Shown one piece after another: positions 28,504-35,678 of a stretch of 49,016 nt of DNA (positions are counted from its first letter, which is position 1; each line of letters opens with the position of its first letter). A program made the translations under genes and the position numbers. The notes below the pieces were generated by a model. It did no database searches. It was not told the origin of the DNA and worked only from the letters and a program-made list of their open reading frames with translations. The stretch is from Microscillaceae bacterium (GTDB taxonomy: Bacteria > Bacteroidota > Bacteroidia > Cytophagales > Microscillaceae), in assembly GCA_003483885.1 (NCBI GenBank), contig DMXI01000559.1, positions 1 to 49,016 on the forward strand. The letters are read 5' to 3'.

Positions 28504-29682
28504 TTATTTATCCAGTGATTTTTGGTACTGAGAAGGGGTCATACCTGTTATTTTTTTAAAGACAGTATTGAAAGAAGTTTTGGAATTGAAACCACTCTCA
28601 AGGGCAATGCCTAGTAAAGTATAATGGGTAAATTTTGGATTCTGGAGTTTCTCTTTGATGGTTTCTACCCGATAGTGATTGATAAACTCAAAAAAGTTTT
28701 TACCCAGCTGTTCATTCATAATTTGTGATAAATGATGCGTAGACATATCAAGCTGGGTTGCCAATTGGACCAAGGTAAGCTTGCTGGCTAAATAAGGTTG
28801 GTGGGTTTCCATATAATGCAGGAGTTGTTGTTGATAGATGGCAGCTTGACGATCGGTAAGCCCTGAGTTTTGATATTTGACAGTGTTCTCTTTCTTTATT
28901 TGCTCTTTTTTTATTTGCGCTTCTTTTGCCTGCTTGGCTTCTTGCTCATTACCCGCTGGCAAGCGCTTGTCTACAAGAATACTTGTCTGGCGGAAGCCAA
29001 AGAATCCCATGACAAAAATTAACAGCAGGAACAGAATTGCTACAATTTGGTAAGTAGTACTTATTTGTAAAAACTTTAGGTCAGCCCCTAGTACAATTAC
29101 CCCCACTGTTATCAGAGCCATTCCTAAAGTGGTGATAAGCCAGTATTTAAGCCAGTTGAGGTTAATCTTTTCCTGAAATGAATAATGGCGGGGTAACTCT
29201 AATTGATAACGCACCAAAATAAATAACGACCACATAATATATCCTATGCCAGCAATGGCTTTAAAAACGCCATGATGCCACATCAACCAAGGTAGCTTTT
29301 GTTGCACGAGTAGTGTCCCATCTAGTACCTCATAAGCTTGTGGATACAACTGTTGATACACAATAAAGCTTATGGTATAAATCACAAATGGGCTGAGATG
29401 CAACAAATAAATGAACCAATGCAGCCGTGGTTTTATCAAGGCATTCACATAAAAAAATAAAGTAGCTCCTTGCAAAAATGGCAAACCAGTACCCATAATA
29501 AGCCACCTTTGATTATGCGTGAGTGATTGATGTAGGCTGGTATAAAAGAAAAAAATATGAGCAGCAGATACCAAAAACCACCCCACAAGTAAATAATCTG
29601 CCAAGGCTTTTTTTTGCTTACTCAACACCAGCAATGCTAAAAACAATGCTTGTACAGCTCCTACAATCAGAAAGTTATTCAT
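28504..29682 (-). CDS. Membrane-anchored AraC-type HTH regulator (N-terminal ~7 TM sensor domain, C-terminal AraC HTH)
   Basis: 392 aa; six to eight hydrophobic helices in first 230 aa, Lys/Glu-rich linker, C-terminal AraC HTH (LSQIMNEQLGKNFFEFINHYRVETIKEKL...). Confidence 0.75.
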   Translation of the reverse strand: MNNFLIVGAVQALFLALLVLSKQKKALADYLLVGWFLVSAAHIFFFYTSLHQSLTHNQRWLIMGTGLPFLQGATLFFYVNALIKPRLHWFIYLLHLSPFVIYTISFIVYQQLYPQAYEVLDGTLLVQQKLPWLMWHHGVFKAIAGIGYIMWSLFILVRYQLELPRHYSFQEKINLNWLKYWLITTLGMALITVGVIVLGADLKFLQISTTYQIVAILFLLLIFVMGFFGFRQTSILVDKRLPAGNEQEAKQAKEAQIKKEQIKKENTVKYQNSGLTDRQAAIYQQQLLHYMETHQPYLASKLTLVQLATQLDMSTHHLSQIMNEQLGKNFFEFINHYRVETIKEKLQNPKFTHYTLLGIALESGFNSKTSFNTVFKKITGMTPSQYQKSLDK

Positions 29683-29769
29683 CTACTTTATGCTTTGAAA
29701 CTAGATTTAGGCATAGAAGTCATCTCGACTTTATATTCTTAAGTACTTTTAAATGCCACAGGATCGCTA

Positions 29770-29977
29770 AACAAGCGATAACCCTCTCAGGAAGACGAAC
29801 ACAGGGTATTGATTACACTCAACGAACAAGGCAAAACCTTAAAAGAAAACATATTGGATCCCTGAAGATATTTTAGGCAAGATGGGGCAAACCACCAGCG
29901 AAATATTTCAACTAAAAGGCCAACTTCACGTGATGATTTGGCAAATGGAGCAGATAGAACAAAATACCACCAAATAA
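29770..29977 (+). pseudogene. Degenerate 3' fragment of an ohrR/MarR paralog (duplicate of 27140-27332), frameshifted
   Basis: ~85% nucleotide identity to 3' ~195 bp of ohrR incl. shared stop position; indel near aaaagaaaacatattggat breaks frame; no start codon/5' half. Confidence 0.6.
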
Positions 29978-30293
29978 TTTGCACATATTTCTCATTCAGT
30001 ATAATTATATCTCCTGTCCAAAACCACTTATTTGAATGGTCAAATTATTGCTTGAGGGTGTATAGTTATTGAACCCCTCAATGCGAGCCTGAGTTTATAA
30101 TTCATAAAATTACTTTCTTCTAATTTTTTGAGAAAATATGGCTTTATGAATAAACAATGCCTCATTTGATAAGTTTGAATAATGATATATCCATCAATTC
30201 TGTCCAGCTACATCTATTTTTTTATAAAAAAAAATTACTCTAAGCAACCTTTCTGACAAGCATTATTGTATTGATGCTGAAACTTGAGAAAAT

Positions 30294-30860
30294 TTGAACC
30301 CATCACAAACACATATTAGCGATTTGGTTGAGGGTTGCAGGAAAAAGGATGTCAAATCCCAGGAAGCGCTATATAAGCACTTCTATGCCTACGCTCTTAG
30401 CATTTGTATGCGTTATACCACCAATTACGATGAAGCAATGGAGGTAATGAATGACGGTTTTATGCGAATCTTTAAGAAGATAAAACTGTATAATTCTGAC
30501 TATCCTTTCAAATCGTGGTTGCGACGTATTATGATTAACGTAGCGCTCAATAATCAGAAAAAGTACCTGAAGCATAAGCAAAATCAGGAAATTGAGCAAG
30601 CCACGGACAAACATGCAGTGGATGATACCTATACCCAGGTACAATACAAAGAATTGGTAGCCCTAATTCAGAAATTGTCGCCAGGATATCGTGCGGTGTT
30701 TAACTTGTATGTAATCGATGGGTATACCCACGAGGAAATTGCTGATATTTTAAAAATTTCAGTAGGTACTTCTAAGTCAAATTTATCAAAAGCCAGAGCA
30801 AACCTGAGGAAGTTGCTCAGTGAACATTATGAAGAAGATTATGCAAAATATGCCCGATAG
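30294..30860 (+). CDS. RNA polymerase sigma-70 factor, ECF subfamily
   Basis: 188 aa; region 2 and region 4 (VFNLYVIDGYTHEEIADILKISVGTSKSNLSKARANLRKLL). Confidence 0.85.
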   Translation: MNPSQTHISDLVEGCRKKDVKSQEALYKHFYAYALSICMRYTTNYDEAMEVMNDGFMRIFKKIKLYNSDYPFKSWLRRIMINVALNNQKKYLKHKQNQEIEQATDKHAVDDTYTQVQYKELVALIQKLSPGYRAVFNLYVIDGYTHEEIADILKISVGTSKSNLSKARANLRKLLSEHYEEDYAKYAR

Positions 30861-32313
30861 GGAGTTGGACGAGTTGTTCAAAACCGCGGCTGACAATGTG
30901 CAGTACGATTTTGAGCAAGCCGCCTGGCAGGGCCTGCAACAAAAAATGCGGGGCGGCTGGTGGTCCAGGAGGGGTATATACTGGGGTAGCGGGTTGTTAT
31001 TATTATTAGGGACAATTTCCGTTGTTCTTTGGCTCAATCAACCCAAAAAAGAGGCACCTAATGGTATTCAACAAAGTGCTCTAACTGAGCTATCGACTAA
31101 TTATAGCACTCAAAAGTCTCCTGATCAACTTGAACCATCATCAACTGATAAAAAAGAAAAAGGAGAGGTCAACAATACCCAAAATGTACCCACTCAACAA
31201 GAACAAACTCAAAAAACTCAATGGAATAATACAAATACTGGTTCTATAACACCAAAGATAAATTCAAACCCTGTTGTAAGAACCCCTGCTAATGTAAATA
31301 CACCTAAATATGTGGATCCAACTTTCAAGAATTCATCCAAGGGTAGCAATCCATTGCAAATAAAAAAACCACCTATAACGACGAAGTCTAAGTCGCAAAA
31401 GGTGGTAGCCACTACCCCAAAACCTGGATATCAGTACAAGGATGTATTTGATCCTAAGACGAACACCGATAAAAATAAAAAGACGGATGAAAGAAAAGGT
31501 GAAAAGCTGGGTGCCAATCAGATGAATAATGGCACGAAGGATACCCCCAAAACATCGTCTAACAAAAACGAAAAGGTGGCAGTATTTATTCCACCTCGCC
31601 CAATGGGGAAATTGGTATTAATAGAGGCCAAGCATAGTTACGAACAGCGAACTTTGCTGCCCCCAATAGCCCAAAAGACGGCTGTACTCTCGGCGAATGA
31701 AAACCAAGCTCAAACGATTCGTCCAGGTAGAAAACTTAGTTTGATTGCTCAAGTAGCGCCTGATTTGAGTATGGTAGATCAAGTTGCTTTGAGTGATACT
31801 CGCTTAGGTTTTGGCTTATTGGTTGAGTATGAGGTAGTGAAAAATTTAAGCATTAGTACCGGAGCCAATTATTCTTTCAAGGCTTATCAGGCAAATGCAG
31901 AGTCATACACGCCCAAGGATGGTCAATGGAGATGGCCAGAGTCGCCCGAAAATATTGATGCTACTTGTAATGTACTGGAAATTCCGCTAAACATTCGCTA
32001 TTATTTCCATAATCAACCTAAGCATCGTTTATTTATCAGTTCTGGAATTTCGTCTTATTGGATGTTGAATGAAACTTATAACTATACGTATTCAACCCAA
32101 ACTCAATGGAATTATTCCTGGGAATTGAGTAATGAGAATCAACACATGCTGAGTATTCTCAACCTCTCGATTGGCTGGCAAAAAAAGCTAAGCAATCGCT
32201 TTAGTATCCAAGCCGAGCCATTTCTCAAACTGCCCTTGGGCCAGGTTGGTGGTGGTAGGGTCAATCTAAAAACGACTGGGATACTACTTGGGTTGAAATA
32301 TAACTTGTTTTAG
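30820..32313 (+). CDS. Putative anti-sigma/transmembrane partner protein with long low-complexity linker and C-terminal outer-membrane beta-barrel-like (porin family) domain
   Basis: 497 aa; overlaps sigma gene 3' end (alternative starts at 30829/30841/30850); single TM (~res 52-71), Thr/Asn/Lys/Pro-rich ~190-aa linker, C-terminal alternating-hydrophobic strands ending ...LGLKYNLF. Confidence 0.55.
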   Translation: MNIMKKIMQNMPDRELDELFKTAADNVQYDFEQAAWQGLQQKMRGGWWSRRGIYWGSGLLLLLGTISVVLWLNQPKKEAPNGIQQSALTELSTNYSTQKSPDQLEPSSTDKKEKGEVNNTQNVPTQQEQTQKTQWNNTNTGSITPKINSNPVVRTPANVNTPKYVDPTFKNSSKGSNPLQIKKPPITTKSKSQKVVATTPKPGYQYKDVFDPKTNTDKNKKTDERKGEKLGANQMNNGTKDTPKTSSNKNEKVAVFIPPRPMGKLVLIEAKHSYEQRTLLPPIAQKTAVLSANENQAQTIRPGRKLSLIAQVAPDLSMVDQVALSDTRLGFGLLVEYEVVKNLSISTGANYSFKAYQANAESYTPKDGQWRWPESPENIDATCNVLEIPLNIRYYFHNQPKHRLFISSGISSYWMLNETYNYTYSTQTQWNYSWELSNENQHMLSILNLSIGWQKKLSNRFSIQAEPFLKLPLGQVGGGRVNLKTTGILLGLKYNLF

Positions 32314-32393
32314 ATTGGTGAATTTTCAATAAAAAAAGCGGATAAGGTGTTTGAGCACTTTATTCGCTTTTTTTATTCGATAAGTATCCTGCT

Positions 32394-32867
32394 TTACTTG
32401 TTACAAGCAGGGAATGACTTTGTAACTGTCTTGATAATTTGATCGAATCTCTTTTTCTCACCAGGTAAATAGTCAAAAGAAACTGTGATCAGTAAATCTT
32501 TACGCAGGACCGTTTTATGATAAAAGATTCGGCCTTTGTTGATGCCGGATACCACATAAGAATTTTTGAACAATGCCTTATAAGTTATTTTTTCACCGCT
32601 TTTTTGGGCCAAAGCATAATCTTCCTTCAGGCTCTTTCCTGGCATTTGCCACGCACCATACACCAACATACGACCTGCTCCATTATCCATCATAAAAGAT
32701 CGCCCATCGCCATTGGTAGACTCTATGCCTTTTGTAAAGGTATGGGGATACAATACACAAAAATCAAAACGTTGGTTGTGATACACACTATAGCCTTGGG
32801 GAGTTTGCGCAAAGCTACCGAGGGTAATAAAAGAGATTAACAGCGTGAGTAAATGTTTTTTCATCAT
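32394..32867 (-). CDS. Hypothetical secreted protein
   Basis: 157 aa; N-terminal signal peptide MMKKHLLTLLISFITLGSFAQ; no recognised family. Confidence 0.5.
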   Translation of the reverse strand: MMKKHLLTLLISFITLGSFAQTPQGYSVYHNQRFDFCVLYPHTFTKGIESTNGDGRSFMMDNGAGRMLVYGAWQMPGKSLKEDYALAQKSGEKITYKALFKNSYVVSGINKGRIFYHKTVLRKDLLITVSFDYLPGEKKRFDQIIKTVTKSFPACNK

Positions 32868-33075
32868 AGAGTTTCTTTATAGTTTCTGGCAATAACGAAC
32901 TTGTTTAAGGTTTCCCCAAATGATTCAAAATAACATTTTTCGCGATATATGTCGTTGCAAAAATGCTCATTTAGCGCTGCTAAACTCCACTTTCTACGCC
33001 TCATCTATCACAAAAAATGAAAATTTTGCTTTCAAAGAAAAAACATTAAACAAGTTCAACGTAAAAAATGGGTGT

Positions 33076-34317
33076 TTATGCGGTTTTGGCCTTTCGGCGC
33101 TTAAGTTCTTTTTTTACCAGTTCATATTCGCGATTACTTTGTCCAGCGATGGCAGTGTTTTCCTGGGCTCGTCGGAAAAGATAAGGCATTACGTCTTGTA
33201 CTGTGCCATAAGGAACATATTTTACTACGTTGAAACCTGCCTTGGCTAAATTAAAAGTAATGTTGTCGCTCATGCCATACAACTGCCCAAAAAACACCCG
33301 AGAATCACCAGGAGCTATGCCTAATTGTTGGGTATGTTGTGCGATATGGTAGCAGCTTTGTTCGTTGTGCGTACCTGCAAATAAGGATAAAACATCCAGG
33401 TTTTTCAGACAAAAATCGACTGCCTCATTGTACATTTGATCAGTAGCAGGTTTGTCTGGATTCAGTGGGTCTTCATACCCTTGTGCACTGGCGCGAGTAC
33501 GTTCTTTTTCTACATAGGCACCCCTTACTACCTTGGCCCCTAGGCGATACCCTCCTGCTTTAGCTTTTTCTAAAGATTGTTGCAAAAAGCCCAAACCTCG
33601 TTTCAGGTACATTTGATAAGTATTGTATACAATGATTTGTTCGCGGTTGTACTGATCCATCATAGCATCGGCCACGGTATCAATAGGATCTTGAATCCAG
33701 GTTTCCTCAGCATCGATCAAAATCTTGACATTGTGCTCATAGCCTGCTGCACAAATGGCGTCTACCCGATCTTTGGCTTTTTCCCAAGCCAATTCTTCGG
33801 CCTCGCTCAATGATTGTTGATTTTGGAGTTTTTCTAACAAAGCAAAGGGTGCAATGCCTGTAAGCTTAAAAGCAGCAAATGGCACCGCTTCCCGCTGTGA
33901 TGCAAAACGAATGTAACGCACGGTTTCTTCAGTGGCCTTGTCATATTCGGCATCAGTAGCTTTGCCCTCTACCGAATACCCCAACAGGGCATACACTCTA
34001 GACTGCCACAATTGCTCCACAAAATGAGCACACTCTGATAAGGTTTCGCCTCCACAAAAGTGTCGATATAGGGTATTTTTCACCGTGTTTTTTACCATTC
34101 CCCAATGCAGGGTTTTATCAATCATTTTGGTACCCATCCCTATCAACCAGGGGTAATTCATCATTTGGTAAATACGATGGGTTAGTTTTAGTGCCTTTTG
34201 ATCCTTGGCCGCAAAGGCAATGGCCGTATTGTCAAAAGACAAAGTGTTGGGAGGAGAATTAGTATTTGTTTTTTCGGGGTGATTGTTCATGTGAGGGTAT
34301 TGTCCGTTTTTTAACAA
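33076..34317 (-). CDS. Proline dehydrogenase (monofunctional PRODH family)
   Basis: 413 aa; TIM-barrel PRODH signatures incl. conserved acidic/Tyr residues near C-terminus (VVKYVPYGTVQDVMPYLFRRAQEN). Confidence 0.85.
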   Translation of the reverse strand: MLKNGQYPHMNNHPEKTNTNSPPNTLSFDNTAIAFAAKDQKALKLTHRIYQMMNYPWLIGMGTKMIDKTLHWGMVKNTVKNTLYRHFCGGETLSECAHFVEQLWQSRVYALLGYSVEGKATDAEYDKATEETVRYIRFASQREAVPFAAFKLTGIAPFALLEKLQNQQSLSEAEELAWEKAKDRVDAICAAGYEHNVKILIDAEETWIQDPIDTVADAMMDQYNREQIIVYNTYQMYLKRGLGFLQQSLEKAKAGGYRLGAKVVRGAYVEKERTRASAQGYEDPLNPDKPATDQMYNEAVDFCLKNLDVLSLFAGTHNEQSCYHIAQHTQQLGIAPGDSRVFFGQLYGMSDNITFNLAKAGFNVVKYVPYGTVQDVMPYLFRRAQENTAIAGQSNREYELVKKELKRRKAKTA

Positions 34318-34421
34318 AAATAAGATTTTCCTTCAGATTACCTATATTCGATCCTGAGAATGTAACCTAAGGGAATAGTTTCAAGTATGATATATTAGAA
34401 TTATACAATCAAACTTACCTT

Positions 34422-35030
34422 ATGAATCATTATCAACGCCTTGGGGTAACCAAGGAAACTACCCTGAAAGAAGTAGAACAAGCTTACCAAAATCGCCTTC
34501 AGAAATATCAAACTCAAGCCAAGCAAGGACTTATCATTGACAAAGAAATCGAAGCTGAATTAGAAAAGTCCTATCAAGTAGTTACAAACTTTCTTTTAGA
34601 CACTCAGAGAAAAAAGATTCCGCACGGAATAAAGTTCTTGTTGATGGTAGTGGCTGGTACTGCCATTATATTTAGTCCAGTTTGGCTAGCTCAAGCGTTT
34701 GAAAACGACAAGCTCCTTGCGTTAATTCCGGTGTTTTTTGTGTTATTAATTGTGCTAAATGCAATACTGAGTGCCCGTAAAGTGAGTAAAACATCCAACG
34801 GCACAATGTATATTCCCAATGCAAAAGACAATAGAAAACAAAGTCAAAAGAGTGCTATTTGGATTGGTTGTATTCTTTTGGGTGTTTGTTTGGTGGGCTA
34901 TGCGGTAGGTGAAGAAACCATAGACGACAATGAAGGGTTTATTTACCTTGGTGTTGGCCTTCTTACCTTTATATGGGGAGCCACTATGTCGATAAAAGAT
35001 TGGCGAGCTTCTCATAACAAAAATCGCTAA
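34422..35030 (+). CDS. J-domain-like (HPD motif absent) membrane protein, paralog 1
   Basis: 202 aa; N-terminal helix II-like YQRLGVTKETTLKEVEQAYQNRLQKY but no HPD; 4 predicted TM segments. Confidence 0.45.
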   Translation: MNHYQRLGVTKETTLKEVEQAYQNRLQKYQTQAKQGLIIDKEIEAELEKSYQVVTNFLLDTQRKKIPHGIKFLLMVVAGTAIIFSPVWLAQAFENDKLLALIPVFFVLLIVLNAILSARKVSKTSNGTMYIPNAKDNRKQSQKSAIWIGCILLGVCLVGYAVGEETIDDNEGFIYLGVGLLTFIWGATMSIKDWRASHNKNR

Positions 35031-35087
35031 CACGCATCATCTTCTTTTTTATACTTTCTCTATTATTCTCAACGCTAATTATTATCT

Positions 35088-35585
35088 ATGACTCACTACG
35101 AAACATTAGGCGTAAGTCCACAAGCTACTCAAGAACAAATTACTGCAGCCTATCAAACCTTAACCAAAAAGTTTAAAGTATTTGGTGAAGCTCCAGGTTC
35201 TGACAAGTTCAAACGCTTGGACAAAGCCTACGAAGTATTGTCTGATGCCAGTGCTCGTAAATCTTATAACGAACATATCAGTGACCCTAATAACCGCAAA
35301 AAAGTTCGAGTACAAGCCCATAAAAATCGTAAGAAGAAAGGGGCTTATGATGATCGCAATGTGGTAAGTATCTTGATCATACTATCCATTATACTTGGGA
35401 TTTTCTTTACGCTTGCTTTTGGAACCTTTTACATGATGTTGCTCCCAGTGGCAACTACACTCATAGGAATGATCTCACTTTGGCGCTCGGGCAAGGTTAC
35501 CAGAGAACCAGTAGATTTAGAAGGTGGGGCATCTGAAGTAAAATCAAACATTGTAGAAGGCATCATAGATGGCTTGTTTGATTGA
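35088..35585 (+). CDS. J-domain-like (HPD motif absent) membrane protein, paralog 2
   Basis: 165 aa; HYETLGVSPQATQEQITAAYQTLTKKFK...DKAYEVLSDASARKSYNEH (J-domain helices II-IV) with HPD replaced by VFGEAPGSD; 2 TM. Confidence 0.45.
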   Translation: MTHYETLGVSPQATQEQITAAYQTLTKKFKVFGEAPGSDKFKRLDKAYEVLSDASARKSYNEHISDPNNRKKVRVQAHKNRKKKGAYDDRNVVSILIILSIILGIFFTLAFGTFYMMLLPVATTLIGMISLWRSGKVTREPVDLEGGASEVKSNIVEGIIDGLFD

Positions 35586-35634
35586 TTTGATTGGGGTTGA
35601 TGAAAGCCCTGATCAAAAGTAAAGACAACTTGAT

Positions 35635-35666
35635 AAAAAACCCACAACTCGCTAAAGTTGTGGGCA
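35635..35666 (-). terminator. Intrinsic terminator downstream of MVP-homolog gene (also convergent with J-like gene)
   Basis: cccacaact / agttgtggg 9-bp stem, 6-nt loop; A-run on + strand preceding = U-run on minus strand. Confidence 0.6.
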
Positions 35667-35678
35667 TTGTTTCATTGT

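Noticed and set aside
30820-30860. 41-bp overlap between the ECF sigma gene and its partner as evidence of a frameshifted single gene
   Set aside because: Sigma region 4 ends cleanly at the stop, and the partner has its own plausible start codons at 30829, 30841 and 30850. Overlapping sigma/anti-sigma starts are common, so no frameshift is needed to explain the overlap.
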